DNA of 64,000 bases from a virus (taxonomy: Duplodnaviria; Caudoviricetes), in IMG/VR virus record IMGVR_UViG_3300029288_000084, positions 88,933 to 152,932 of that record. The stretch is one strand, 5' to 3'. The notes beneath the pieces are model-generated. The model was not told the origin of the DNA. It saw only the letters and a list, made by a program, of their open reading frames with translations, and made no database searches. Numbering within the stretch: position 1 is the first letter of the stretch; each line of letters begins with the position of its first letter. Positions 20,101 to 30,101 of this stretch are shown here, piece after piece. A program made the position numbers and the translations under genes.

Positions 20101-20490
20101 TTATTTTGTGACTTCAACCATTCTCAAAGTATTGATTTGTTTTTGTATTTCAGTTCGTCTCTGATTTAAAGTTTGTTTCCTTGCCGGGTCTTTGTCATCA
20201 GAAGTTCGAATTTCAACTGTAATTTCATTTAGTTTTGCATTTAATACATCTAGTCTATTTTTCTTTTCATCGGCAGCCATTTCAGAAAGTTGTGATTCAT
20301 CTAGTCCACCCTTTAAATATTTTATTTTTTGTTTTATTTTTTTGATTTCTTCTTCTGCATCTTGTATATCTTTTGGATCTTTAGCATCAAATTTTTCATC
20401 TTTCCAACTTTCCAACTCTTTTTCTAACCTCTTAATTTCCGCTGTATTATCCTCTTCTAAAACTTCTTCAAATATTTGTTTGATTTCCAT
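20101..20490 (-). CDS. LFE-leader family small protein (MEIKQIFEEVLEE)
   Basis: Shared N-terminal leader. Confidence 0.75.
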   Translation of the reverse strand: MEIKQIFEEVLEEDNTAEIKRLEKELESWKDEKFDAKDPKDIQDAEEEIKKIKQKIKYLKGGLDESQLSEMAADEKKNRLDVLNAKLNEITVEIRTSDDKDPARKQTLNQRRTEIQKQINTLRMVEVTK

Positions 20491-20499
20491 TTTTACTCC

Positions 20500-20877
20500 T
20501 CAATGCCATTTCTTATAGAATTCATCTTTTAAATCAGCAAATTGACGTTGTAAGTCACGTTTTCTTTTTTCATCTTTTTCATAATCAATTTTAATTTTTA
20601 ACTTTTTCCTTTCATCGACATATTTTTGAAATGCTTCTTTATAATCTTTGCCTTGATTTTCTTCTGATTCAGAAATATTAACATTTTCATTTACAGGAAA
20701 ATGGCACGTAGTTTGTGTATCATATCGAGTTAAAATAGTGTATTTCTTACCATCATTTCCAGTTACAGTACCATTAGATTCTGCTTTCCCATCTTTAATT
20801 AATTGTAAACCATGTTTGCGACTAATTATTTGACCAATTTTCTTTTTGTTTTCTTCAAACAATCTTTTTACTTTCAT
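20500..20877 (-). CDS. LFE-leader family small protein (MKVKRLFEE)
   Basis: Shared leader; AAGGAG SD. Confidence 0.8.
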   Translation of the reverse strand: MKVKRLFEENKKKIGQIISRKHGLQLIKDGKAESNGTVTGNDGKKYTILTRYDTQTTCHFPVNENVNISESEENQGKDYKEAFQKYVDERKKLKIKIDYEKDEKRKRDLQRQFADLKDEFYKKWH

Positions 20878-20892
20878 TTTATTTCTCCTTTA

Positions 20893-21711
20893 TCAATCAA
20901 ACCAAAATACTATATTGAAATTCTTTGTTCCGCCTAATCTGTTTTTAATATGAATAGGTTCATAAGCATCAGAACCAATACATAATTTAACATCAGTATT
21001 TGCATTTGCAACTACATTTGTAGAATTTGAAATTAGTGTAACTGTTCCATCTGCATCTATTGCAAACATTGATCTTTCTTCATTTGCTCCAGCAATTACC
21101 CAACCAAAACCAGAATTAGTCACAGGTGGTAAATCAACTGATGCATCATCTAAAACATTTCCTTGATAACGAAATACCTTTGGATTGCCGACAGAACTTG
21201 CATCTTGTTTAATATAACTTTCTAGCAATGTATCAACTTCAGTGTTTGTATAATAATTCCCAAACATTGTATCAAGAGTTACAGAAGTATAGTATTCGCT
21301 TATTTGGCAATAATCATTTAAAATAAGATTGATTTCAGATTCAGTATAGTAAAGATCATTATGTGTATGTCCAACCAGTGATAATGCTGTAAATGACCCA
21401 CCATCTAATCCAACTTTCCAAAGATCAGTCGCTTCTTCAAATCTTAAAATTGCATCAGCGGAACTTCCACGATCAACTCTTATTCCAGCAACTCCAGGCG
21501 TTACTCCTGCTCCAGTTTCACCATAATTCAAATAAATATATTCTTGTTCAAAATAAGCTTCACCTTCAAGAGTAAAATTTTCAGAAAATGTTAAATCTCC
21601 TGAATATGGATCAAATGTGAAATCTGAAAATTCAGCAATTAATTCATTGAATCTAGTTCTAAAGATTGCTATTTGATCTGTAAGAATAATTTGATCTGTA
21701 ATAAGTGCCAT
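20893..21711 (-). CDS. Virion structural / short fibre protein
   Basis: N-terminal D....FRTRFNEL, AGI.VDRG, GHTH.DLYYTESEI and YT..E.D repeats seen in fibre proteins. Confidence 0.7.
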   Translation of the reverse strand: MALITDQIILTDQIAIFRTRFNELIAEFSDFTFDPYSGDLTFSENFTLEGEAYFEQEYIYLNYGETGAGVTPGVAGIRVDRGSSADAILRFEEATDLWKVGLDGGSFTALSLVGHTHNDLYYTESEINLILNDYCQISEYYTSVTLDTMFGNYYTNTEVDTLLESYIKQDASSVGNPKVFRYQGNVLDDASVDLPPVTNSGFGWVIAGANEERSMFAIDADGTVTLISNSTNVVANANTDVKLCIGSDAYEPIHIKNRLGGTKNFNIVFWFD

Positions 21712-22025
21712 TATTTTTTTGTCCTTGCTTCATCTTCCATTTTTCGTAAACGGTTGTAGTAATCAGGAATTTCTGCTAAATGATCTAATGCTATTTTTTT
21801 AGCAATATCTTTACTATCAGTGTGTTCAAATTCAACTTGAATTCCCATATTCAACTGTCCTTGATCTATAGAAGATTCATCAATATTCTTTTGAAATGCT
21901 CGGCCTGCTTGCATGAAATTTTTAGTAAAATTAATTGGTCCATTGTTTATTTTATTTACAATGGGGGTTGTTTCACAAGAAGGTTGACACATTATATCTT
22001 CAAACATCTTTCTGAATCTTTCCAT
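21711..22025 (-). CDS. DUF5661-like protein (divergent leader MERFRKMFED)
   Basis: MGIQVEFEHT...AKKIALDHLAEIPDYY.RL.KME. Confidence 0.8.
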   Translation of the reverse strand: MERFRKMFEDIMCQPSCETTPIVNKINNGPINFTKNFMQAGRAFQKNIDESSIDQGQLNMGIQVEFEHTDSKDIAKKIALDHLAEIPDYYNRLRKMEDEARTKK

Positions 22026-22041
22026 ACTATTCCTCCAAATT

Positions 22042-22049
22042 TATTTATA
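22042..22049 (-). promoter_or_regulatory. T4-type late promoter TATAAATA
   Basis: Exact match 16 nt upstream of start. Confidence 0.7.
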
Positions 22050-22052
22050 AAA

Positions 22053-22217
22053 TCATTTTGTATTTAATAAGTTTTGTTGATAGATAAAATCCTTCAATTT
22101 TTGAAGTTCTGATCTCATTTCTCTCATTTCACGACGATCTTTTACAGCTTGATTTTCATCCTTTGTTTGTTGAAAAAGTAATGCACCTGTTCTTTTTTGT
22201 CTGTGTTGTGTTGGCAT
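22053..22217 (-). CDS. 54-aa coiled-coil protein (R..TGALLF)
   Basis: Manual translation MPTQHRQKRTGALLFQQ...LLNTK*. Confidence 0.6.
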   Translation of the reverse strand: MPTQHRQKRTGALLFQQTKDENQAVKDRREMREMRSELQKLKDFIYQQNLLNTK

Positions 22218-22219
22218 AT

Positions 22220-22444
22220 TTAACCCTCATTACCTAATGATTCATGAATATTTCTTTTATCCCTTAATTTGTTTCTCTCTGCATCTAATTTTTTAATTTT
22301 TTCATTATGATCTGTAGAACATTTATTTTCTGGTATAGAAAATAATTTATCGATTTCTTGACCAATTGTAAATAATCTTTTATCAATTTCTTTATTTCTT
22401 TTTTGTCGTGTTTCATTATCTTCAAACAAGTTTTTTACTTTCAT
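22220..22444 (-). CDS. LFE-leader family small protein (MKVKNLFED)
   Basis: Shared leader. Confidence 0.8.
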   Translation of the reverse strand: MKVKNLFEDNETRQKRNKEIDKRLFTIGQEIDKLFSIPENKCSTDHNEKIKKLDAERNKLRDKRNIHESLGNEG

Positions 22445-22764
22445 GCTCTCTTTCTCCTTTCTTCTTGGCCATCTCTTTGAACATGTAATTTGCGTCTGGC
22501 AATAATAGCCTTTCTAGTTTCATCATCATCTTTATCACCATTTCTGAAGCTAACTTTGTCAGATGCTCTCATCATTTTCAAACTGTTCAATTTTGTTTTT
22601 ATAGTTTGCATTTTCTGTAATATTCTTGCTCTATTAGAAGAATCAGCGGTTTGATATTCTGATTTTACTTGAGCAAGTTCTTGTTCAAACTCTTTCCGTT
22701 TTTTATCGAGTTCATCTTGTGTCATTTCTTGTAAAACCTCTTCAAATAATTTTTTTATTTTCAT
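22441..22764 (-). CDS. LFE-leader family small protein (MKIKKLFEEVLQE)
   Basis: Shared leader. Confidence 0.8.
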   Translation of the reverse strand: MKIKKLFEEVLQEMTQDELDKKRKEFEQELAQVKSEYQTADSSNRARILQKMQTIKTKLNSLKMMRASDKVSFRNGDKDDDETRKAIIARRKLHVQRDGQEERRKRA

Positions 22765-22784
22765 TTAATCCATCCTTTATTTTT

Positions 22785-23057
22785 TCATTTATTGTAAAGA
22801 TTTTCTGCATTAATTTTATTTACACCCTTTTCGATAATACTATTTACAAATTCTTTGTTATTAGTTGTATTATCTTTTCCTCGAGTTGTAACTAAATCAT
22901 AAGCCTCTTTACTAGCTACATTATTATTTATTCCTATTTTTTTTAATTCTTGCCAAATATCATAATGAATTGCTAATGCAGATCTAGTTCTTCGATCTGT
23001 AGTTTTATAATTTCTTTGATTTGCTGCAAGAGCTTCAAATAAATTCTTTACTTTCAT
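22785..23057 (-). CDS. LFE-leader family small protein (MKVKNLFEA)
   Basis: Shared leader. Confidence 0.8.
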   Translation of the reverse strand: MKVKNLFEALAANQRNYKTTDRRTRSALAIHYDIWQELKKIGINNNVASKEAYDLVTTRGKDNTTNNKEFVNSIIEKGVNKINAENLYNK

Positions 23058-23066
23058 CCTATCTCC

Positions 23067-26000
23067 TTATTTAGCTCTAGCAATCATTCTGTAATTCATC
23101 GCGACAGGTGATTTCCAATAGCTTGTGCTCTCAAGTAATAATCTTCCTGTAAAGTTTGTAAACCAGGTTGGTTCTGAAGTGTAATCGTAAACAACTGAAA
23201 TTGCTGTGCTTGTTGTATTGCTTTCCAATGTATCAGATACAGTAAATCTTGCAACAGCATCACTATTTAACATTACATATACGTAATTGTTTAGAGTATC
23301 TATAGCAACAATTTTTGCTGTAGTTGCAGAATATGGATCAGGACTAACATCATCACCAACTGCAAACCCTGTTTCATCAGTAACAGTTAAACGTTGCAGT
23401 AAATCTAAATTGAATTCATATGTTTTGCGATAAAATCCATTTTCAAGGTCAGTGCTTTCAATCGCATCATGAACCAATCTGAACCAGAGTGTAGTATCAG
23501 CTAATGGACTGAATTCTTTGATGATGTTTGTTCCGCTAGCTAAGTATTCGTCTAAAATGATCTTCATATTGTTGTAAGCTGGAGCATCTTCAACAACCTT
23601 TGTTCTATACTGACCAGTTTGTGATACATCGTATTTGAAAAATACTAACGCAGTGTCAATATTGACCATTGGAGTTGTTTTACCATTTCCAGTTAATACA
23701 CCCTTGAATTGTATTTTTGTGCTAGCAGCACCAGTATCAATCTCATCACCCGGATTAAATACTGTCCAAGTAGTACCACTATCTAGTGAATAGAAATATT
23801 CGATTTGTGAATAAGGCATTTCTGAGAAAGTGTTTTTGAATATGAATCTTCCAAATCCAGCCCAAGCTGGTTTTGCAGGATCAGGATCAGTTATTGGAGC
23901 TGCAATTTCTTCAGTTATGAAAGATCCGCTTGTTTCGAAATTGCCCTCGTATAGCTTGATTGTCATATCAAGATCTTGTGCAGGAGACCATGTTAAGCCA
24001 TTTGAACTTGTGAATAAAACTCCATCTTGATAAGCTTGCTTCATGACAACGCTTCCAGAGTCAAGATCTGTTTGACCAAGCTTTGCAACAAAGACTGTAT
24101 ATTCAGTTGATTTTGAACCAATTGAAATGTAAAACTCTTGCATTGCTGGAATGAAAACTGGTTTTTGAAGAGTGATTTTTGTTTCAACAGTTCCATAAAG
24201 AGAGGTTGTAATCTCACTTGGATAAATCTCTTGCATATGAATGATGTTTTTGGAATCAGGTAAACCATTGACCATATAACCAATTGTTAAGATAGCTGGT
24301 AATTCAGGAGCAAATGCATTATAGTTGTAATAATCATCTTGTACCATTGGCTTTGCTTCAGCATCTGCTTTTGTTCCAAAGTAAAACCCTAAAGCTGTAA
24401 GCAAGTGATCAGCAGCAAATATGAAGGATTGTGCAAGAGGATCGTGAGTAACATCTCCACTTTCTGCTTGCCATTCTTTTCCTATTCTGGCTGCACCTCC
24501 ACCGCTTCCGCCATCCCCCGATTCATCAACAACACCTGTTGCTACTTGAGCTTTTAAAATCTCAAATACGTCGATAGTTTGTTCATATGTTTTTGTGATA
24601 ATGGTCTTATTTTCAATTACTCTATTAATTCCTTTTGCTTTGTAAATAACGGAGATTTCATTGTCATACTCATCTGTTAGTTTAAGTTGAATATTTCCAC
24701 ATTCAACCCCAGCTGGGATATAGAATTTAGCATGCCAAGAACCATCAGCAGCAATTATGATCTTTGCAGCATTTACACCAGTGCCTTGCATATAAGGACT
24801 CTCTGCAATCAAAGTTACAGCTTGTCCACCAAATGTAGCACCAAGAATGCCTGCTGGTTCGAAACTATATCCTTTTATGTCAACCCATTTTTGTCTAGCA
24901 TAAGTAACAAGACGATCTTTCACACTTGCATTGCCTTGAGATATGTTAGATCCGATTTGATTTCTACTCTCTTTTTGTAAAACTGTATCATTTGTAGGAG
25001 CTGAAACCCATTGTAACTGATGATTGTTAATCGTAGTTCTTATGATCTCATCTTCAATGACAGTTACTTCGGTTACAGTTTCATCTATCCATTCATCAAT
25101 AGCTGGATTCATCGTAGCATATGGTAGATTTTTTATGTAGCCATGAGGATTCAGGTTCATCAAATCTGTCTTTAAGATATTTTCAAAAAATGCTGTATCT
25201 GAAAGCCATTTTAAAGTAATCAGTTTATCATAGCCTTCTTTGTCAGCATATTTTGTAATGTTGGTTTCTGTATCTGAATCTCTTTCTAAACCAAAAGCCA
25301 AATTTAAAGATACAATGTACAATTCACCATCCATCAAGTTCATCGATGCATAAAAATCAGTATGAGTAGCATCCGCCTTGTAGAAAGTATTGAAAGGATC
25401 TACTAAAATGCCTTTTAATGTTGTAGCTAGTTCACCTTCTTTGGCTTCACCTTCTAAGGCCAGTGCAGCTACATTTTCCTCTAAGTCATCTACGCGTTTC
25501 TTTAACTGATGCAATTCAAACATTGTTGTGCGTTCATAACGATATTCGTAGATGATTGCACTGCCATAATCTAGTCCAGGCATAAACTTAATCCAGCCTA
25601 GTGGCAGTAACTCTTCATTGTAAGGTGGAATAACTGTTTTACTGTAAAGAGTTGGTGTACCTGTTTTAACTACAATTTTTCCAAATTTATCAATTGCAAA
25701 TAAATCTGTTCTTGCTTTGTAGACTGAATAATTAACAAGAACATTTGTTCCAACAGCAGGATCATCACCACCAAGACCCCATGTAATTTGGTAAACGTTA
25801 CCATCTGTTTCAGTTGGATCTGCTTCAATTTTGAAATCAGTATCTCGAACAGCATTTTTGTAATATCTGAATGAAACTGTATAATCAGTTCTGATTGAGG
25901 GTCTGTTGCCAACCCAATGAATTTGATCGGCAGCTAAAACATAATCAGTTGTTTCAATATATCCAGGAATACTAACAATGCTTTCGATGCTTGAAAATAC

Positions 26001-26984
26001 TAATCCGTAAGGATCTTCAAATGTATCATAATCACCAGAACCTCTTGTGATAGAAACAGTTTCAGCCACAACTGCTGTTACAGTAATAAGTTCTACAGTA
26101 GGATCGATGACAACAAATGGGTGAAATAATTGGTAGCTTACTTCATAAGCATCAAAAGCATGAGGTTCGAGGGTATATTGTTCAGTTGTTAACGCTTTGT
26201 CAACTTCTATTGTTCTTGGTACAATGTAAGTATTGTCATACCCTTTTACATAACAAATACCAGGTGTTACAGCTACTTTTATTTTACCAGTTGTTGTAGA
26301 TGCTTCAGCTTTTAAACGCATCCCTTCTACTAGATAATTTCCAGATTCGTCATATGTTCTTTTTGCCATAACATCTGCTAGAAGTGAATAACCAGGTTTA
26401 CGTAAGAAATTTTGAACTACCCCATCTATCAGATTCCATATAGTAACAACATTTTCTTCATCAGCATATTTGGATGTTGCAGGAAGTGTTGGTCTTGTTC
26501 CAACTGGTACATCTACGATTTTGACAAGTTTGACTTCAATCATCAAACGATGTGCACCATCCAAATTGTAGTTGCTATATCCTGAAGCAGGATCTGTTAA
26601 AGTTGGGTCTTCAGAATAAGTAACAAAAGTTTCTTCTATGTAAAAACCAATATTTTCAGTTCCTACTCCTAGTATTTCAAGTTCTTGTGCTTCTACTTCT
26701 AATACTCTTCCTTCAAAGTAAAATTTACCTTCTGGAAGATTAGCTGTTGCAGCTCCATATGGATCATTTAAAGCAATTGCAAGATTGCACCCGTCAGTAA
26801 CAGAACCATTCTTAAACATTGAATTCCAGTTGAGAGTGTGTTGTTCATGTAAAAGGGTTTGTGTTTCTGTTAGTTCACGAGCTTGAGGAGCTTTGCCAGG
26901 TACAAATAGAACATTCTTATACTTTTTTGCTGCCTGATCAAGATGAGTGCTGTAATATGGAAAAATGTTAAGCGATCGCGCCAT
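23067..26984 (-). CDS. DUF4815 / VrlC-like large baseplate-tail protein
   Basis: PYY...VLF.PG...QARELTE.Q, GAHRL, RTYDESGNY, DPLAQSF motifs. Confidence 0.85.
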   Translation of the reverse strand: MARSLNIFPYYSTHLDQAAKKYKNVLFVPGKAPQARELTETQTLLHEQHTLNWNSMFKNGSVTDGCNLAIALNDPYGAATANLPEGKFYFEGRVLEVEAQELEILGVGTENIGFYIEETFVTYSEDPTLTDPASGYSNYNLDGAHRLMIEVKLVKIVDVPVGTRPTLPATSKYADEENVVTIWNLIDGVVQNFLRKPGYSLLADVMAKRTYDESGNYLVEGMRLKAEASTTTGKIKVAVTPGICYVKGYDNTYIVPRTIEVDKALTTEQYTLEPHAFDAYEVSYQLFHPFVVIDPTVELITVTAVVAETVSITRGSGDYDTFEDPYGLVFSSIESIVSIPGYIETTDYVLAADQIHWVGNRPSIRTDYTVSFRYYKNAVRDTDFKIEADPTETDGNVYQITWGLGGDDPAVGTNVLVNYSVYKARTDLFAIDKFGKIVVKTGTPTLYSKTVIPPYNEELLPLGWIKFMPGLDYGSAIIYEYRYERTTMFELHQLKKRVDDLEENVAALALEGEAKEGELATTLKGILVDPFNTFYKADATHTDFYASMNLMDGELYIVSLNLAFGLERDSDTETNITKYADKEGYDKLITLKWLSDTAFFENILKTDLMNLNPHGYIKNLPYATMNPAIDEWIDETVTEVTVIEDEIIRTTINNHQLQWVSAPTNDTVLQKESRNQIGSNISQGNASVKDRLVTYARQKWVDIKGYSFEPAGILGATFGGQAVTLIAESPYMQGTGVNAAKIIIAADGSWHAKFYIPAGVECGNIQLKLTDEYDNEISVIYKAKGINRVIENKTIITKTYEQTIDVFEILKAQVATGVVDESGDGGSGGGAARIGKEWQAESGDVTHDPLAQSFIFAADHLLTALGFYFGTKADAEAKPMVQDDYYNYNAFAPELPAILTIGYMVNGLPDSKNIIHMQEIYPSEITTSLYGTVETKITLQKPVFIPAMQEFYISIGSKSTEYTVFVAKLGQTDLDSGSVVMKQAYQDGVLFTSSNGLTWSPAQDLDMTIKLYEGNFETSGSFITEEIAAPITDPDPAKPAWAGFGRFIFKNTFSEMPYSQIEYFYSLDSGTTWTVFNPGDEIDTGAASTKIQFKGVLTGNGKTTPMVNIDTALVFFKYDVSQTGQYRTKVVEDAPAYNNMKIILDEYLASGTNIIKEFSPLADTTLWFRLVHDAIESTDLENGFYRKTYEFNLDLLQRLTVTDETGFAVGDDVSPDPYSATTAKIVAIDTLNNYVYVMLNSDAVARFTVSDTLESNTTSTAISVVYDYTSEPTWFTNFTGRLLLESTSYWKSPVAMNYRMIARAK

Positions 26985-27228
26985 TATTTACTCCTTCTTT
27001 TGTTTTTGATACTTCAGGTTTTATTTTTTTCTTTTGCATGACTAAATCTCTTATTTTTTTGTTTAATTCTTCTATTTGCTTCATATAAGTTGTAATTGAT
27101 TCTAAGCTTTTACCACTGTTATATGCACTGAGATATTTAGCGCGTAGATCATTCACTTCATCTCTAAGGTTATTGAGTTGATTATCTATATATTGTAGAG
27201 GTTCTTCAAATAAAATTTTAACTTTCAT
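26968..27228 (-). CDS. LFE-leader family small protein (MKVKILFEE)
   Basis: Shared leader. Confidence 0.8.
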   Translation of the reverse strand: MKVKILFEEPLQYIDNQLNNLRDEVNDLRAKYLSAYNSGKSLESITTYMKQIEELNKKIRDLVMQKKKIKPEVSKTKEGVNNGAIA

Positions 27229-27234
27229 ATTCCT

Positions 27235-28137
27235 TTAGGTAGCATCTACCATTTCCTTCCATTTAGCTTTTTCATCTAAAATATCTTGTATACGTTTAAA
27301 ATATCCCATTTTTTCAATATACTTGTAAATTAAGTTGTTGATTGAATTATTTAAATTATCCTTAACAATAATCTGAGACGAGATTTCTAATGTTGAATCT
27401 TTTTCTAAAGATTCAGCTCTTAATGATTTCAGTAGATGTTTAGCAATGTAAATACTGTCAATATCAGCTAAAATTTCTTGTAATTTTAAACTTAGCAATT
27501 TTTGATAATCTTCTTGTTCTTTTTCAGATATCTTTTTACCATATTCCAAATAACTTGCATAAGCAGCTTTATCAGAATAAAATTCAGCCATAACAATATC
27601 TAATCCAGAAGTGAAAAATCTTGCAATTTCCATTGATGTTTTATAATTACGAATAACCATCTGATTATCTTCTTTTTCAGCAGTAGAAATCCATTTATCT
27701 TCTAATACATCATAAATACCGCCCTCTTTTTTCCATTCTTCTTTGAATTTAGGACTGACATAGTAATTAACAGGATGTTCTGTTCCTGGTAATGGTTTTT
27801 CATTTAATTCAATATTAATTGGTTTACGAAGTATATTTTTCATCTCATCTTCTGGCATATCAATAACAAAATTAACATCAATATCAGAATCTTTTGTATA
27901 TTGAAACCCCGTCATTGAACCTAAAATAAAAACATTTTTGTATGTTTTATCAGTCTTAGTTTTCAACCAAGCATCTAATTTATCAATGATATATTTTTTT
28001 GCTGACTTGAGTAATTTGTTGTTGCTATCCCAAAGTTCAGAACACATTTCATCTTGTAGTGGATCAAGAACACTTTCAGTAATCTGATTTTTTGTTTCAT
28101 TTAACATTTCACTGAGAATGGAATTTATTTTACTCAT
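27235..28137 (-). CDS. Pol-beta-superfamily nucleotidyltransferase
   Basis: LGS.....Y...SDIDV catalytic motif; GIYDVLEDKWI. Confidence 0.8.
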   Translation of the reverse strand: MSKINSILSEMLNETKNQITESVLDPLQDEMCSELWDSNNKLLKSAKKYIIDKLDAWLKTKTDKTYKNVFILGSMTGFQYTKDSDIDVNFVIDMPEDEMKNILRKPINIELNEKPLPGTEHPVNYYVSPKFKEEWKKEGGIYDVLEDKWISTAEKEDNQMVIRNYKTSMEIARFFTSGLDIVMAEFYSDKAAYASYLEYGKKISEKEQEDYQKLLSLKLQEILADIDSIYIAKHLLKSLRAESLEKDSTLEISSQIIVKDNLNNSINNLIYKYIEKMGYFKRIQDILDEKAKWKEMVDAT

Positions 28138-28143
28138 TTTGAA

Positions 28144-28353
28144 TTATACTTTTTTATTTTCTTTTACAATTTCTTTTTTGAACACTTCAACATCAGGGTG
28201 ATTTTTAATATATTTTTTAAGTTCATTTTCATCATTAAATGTTCTACTAAATTTTGTAAGTTGTTGAATTTTCTTTCTATCAGCTGATTGTATCTTATAA
28301 TATCTTTGACCTGTGACTTTAATTTTATCTTCAAATAAAATTTTTACTTTCAT
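28144..28353 (-). CDS. LFE-leader family small protein (MKVKILFED)
   Basis: Shared leader. Confidence 0.8.
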   Translation of the reverse strand: MKVKILFEDKIKVTGQRYYKIQSADRKKIQQLTKFSRTFNDENELKKYIKNHPDVEVFKKEIVKENKKV

Positions 28354-28362
28354 TTTATTCTC

Positions 28363-28893
28363 CTAAAAATTCAAAATGATTTCGAACTTTTCACTTTGAC
28401 TCGGATCTCTTGTAACATATGTGTGATTGTTGATGTAAAGAACTTCACCTTGATCAATTACATTAGCACCTAGATACTCAACAGCTGTTAATAACACACC
28501 GCCAGCTCCTTCTGGATTCAGAAGAATTCCAGTTTGTCTAAATGTTGTATTTATTGGAGCAATATCAGAATAGTAAATAGTATTTGAAAAATATACTGAT
28601 CTTGCATTTTCGTTAAAAGCATCTACATCAGCAACGAAGTGATAATCATATCCACCAACTTGGACATCTGGTCCATAAACATCATATGGATCATCATCAA
28701 TGACCATATGTTTAACTGAAATTTTCTTAATGTAGATGAGTTCAGTTAAAGTCAAATCTGTAGCGAGTGGTGTAGGTGGGTTTAATTCATCTGCCCATAC
28801 AGACGTTCTGCCAATTGCAAGATAGAGATTGACTTCTTGTTTTGTTGCTAATGCATTTAAAACCCTTTGTTTATCGGTGAAGATTGACGCCAT
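28363..28893 (-). CDS. Baseplate wedge subunit, gp8-like
   Basis: YLAIGR..W.DE..PP.P, FRQ.GI..NP, GEVLYINN...R...QSE....IL.F. Confidence 0.75.
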   Translation of the reverse strand: MASIFTDKQRVLNALATKQEVNLYLAIGRTSVWADELNPPTPLATDLTLTELIYIKKISVKHMVIDDDPYDVYGPDVQVGGYDYHFVADVDAFNENARSVYFSNTIYYSDIAPINTTFRQTGILLNPEGAGGVLLTAVEYLGANVIDQGEVLYINNHTYVTRDPSQSEKFEIILNF

Positions 28894-28908
28894 GTTTTAC
28901 TTCCTTTA

Positions 28909-29052
28909 TTAATCGGCCCACTTAAAGGGCCGTTTTTTCTTTTTCGACTTCAACATTTTTCCGAACAATTTTGCTTTCTTTTCATCTTCTTTTCTCTTTT
29001 TATCATCATCTTTTTTATTTTCACTTTCTTCAAACAATTCTTTTACTTTCAT
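28909..29052 (-). CDS. LFE-leader family 47-aa protein (MKVKELFEE)
   Basis: Manual translation; below ORF-track cutoff; GAGGAG SD. Confidence 0.75.
   Translation of the reverse strand: MKVKELFEESENKKDDDKKRKEDEKKAKLFGKMLKSKKKKRPFKWAD
28914..28938 (+). terminator. GC-rich hairpin CGGCCC-N7-GGGCCG followed by T6
   Basis: Perfect 6-bp stem; T-run on plus strand (antisense to genes), possibly bidirectional. Confidence 0.5.
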
Positions 29053-29219
29053 TTCTTATTCTCCTCTTGATGAATGTGAAATTTTATTTCATTGATTTCA
29101 TTCTGTCTTTCTCCCCAAGGATCGCCATCTTTGGAGATCTTTTTCTTAATCTCTTCAATCTGAGATTTATATCTTTTAATTCGTTCCATATCAGTTTCAA
29201 ATAAATTGCCCACTTTCAT
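29049..29219 (-). CDS. LFE-leader family 56-aa protein (MKVGNLFET)
   Basis: Manual translation; ATGA overlaps at both ends. Confidence 0.75.
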   Translation of the reverse strand: MKVGNLFETDMERIKRYKSQIEEIKKKISKDGDPWGERQNEINEIKFHIHQEENKK

Positions 29220-29461
29220 TTCTTGTTATAGAATGCCTTTGCATCAGCCAATGATAATTTTGGATTTAATTTCATCATCTTCTTTATCTTCTCATCTTTT
29301 TCTTCATCTGTCAAATTACCCTTTGATAGTTTATTACCACTTGTTTTGATACTTTTGACAAATTTATGAGCATCTTCATCAGATAAATTTGGATTGGCAT
29401 TTTGAATCCTTCTTTGCTTTTCTGATGCTTCTTCAACTTCAAATAATTTCTTTACTTGCAT
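29216..29461 (-). CDS. LFE-leader family small protein (MQVKKLFEVEE)
   Basis: Shared leader; internal NP.LS..DA repeat. Confidence 0.8.
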   Translation of the reverse strand: MQVKKLFEVEEASEKQRRIQNANPNLSDEDAHKFVKSIKTSGNKLSKGNLTDEEKDEKIKKMMKLNPKLSLADAKAFYNKK

Positions 29462-29479
29462 TCTATACTCCTTTAAAAT

Positions 29480-29487
29480 TATTTATA
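29480..29487 (-). promoter_or_regulatory. T4-type late promoter TATAAATA
   Basis: Exact match directly upstream of LFE-leader genes. Confidence 0.7.
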
Positions 29488-29494
29488 AAAGCAG

Positions 29495-29860
29495 TTATTT
29501 AATTTCCACAGGTATTACAAAGATTTTTTAATATCATCTGGATGTGGCAATCTTGGAATGGCATCTTGTAATTTTTTCAATCTTGATATTTCTTTTTCAA
29601 TGCTTTTCATTCAACCCTCAATTTGATTACAAGAACCCTCTGTTCTTTTAGTTCCTAATGAACTATCTAAATGATTGTATGTATTCCATAAGCACTTTTA
29701 TCATTCTTCATTACTTGGTAAGGACCTTGATTGTAATGAATTTCAGTTACAGGTTTTTTAAATTAATTTGATCCTGTTGTCTTTCAACCTAGTTTAAAAC
29801 ATCTTGTGTTAAAGTTCCGACAATATTTGAAATACCTTCAAAGAGTTGTTTTACTTTCAC
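29495..29860 (-). pseudogene. Degraded LFE-leader gene (GTG-KVKQLFEG, early TAG, frameshifts)
   Basis: Leader intact, TAG after 23 codons, coding-like fragments in other frames. Confidence 0.6.
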
Positions 29861-30083
29861 TGTGTTTTTTTATCCATTCTTGACATTTTACTTTTGAACT
29901 ACCACTAAATACAATAAAATCTTTCCAATTATCAACTCGATATTCTCCAGATGAATCTTTGTAATGTTTAAATGCATCTGTCTTTAATACATAATAGGTA
30001 TTGCCAATTTCTAATCATCTTCCTTGTGCATCATGATATATTTTATATTTTTTGATATCTTCAAATAATTGTTTTACTTTCAT
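29838..30083 (-). pseudogene. LFE-leader gene with one in-frame TGA (MKVKQLFED...QGR*LEIGNTYY...)
   Basis: TGA at 30015-30017 interrupts an otherwise open 82-codon frame. Confidence 0.7.
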
Positions 30084-30101
30084 TTTAACCTCGTTTTATT
30101 T

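Noticed and set aside
29838-30083. Genome-wide TGA or TAG stop-codon reassignment suggested by the in-frame TGA here (and at 63052)
   Set aside because: Core genes are intact in the standard code, many end in TGA via ATGA overlaps or in TAG, and no clear suppressor tRNA is present
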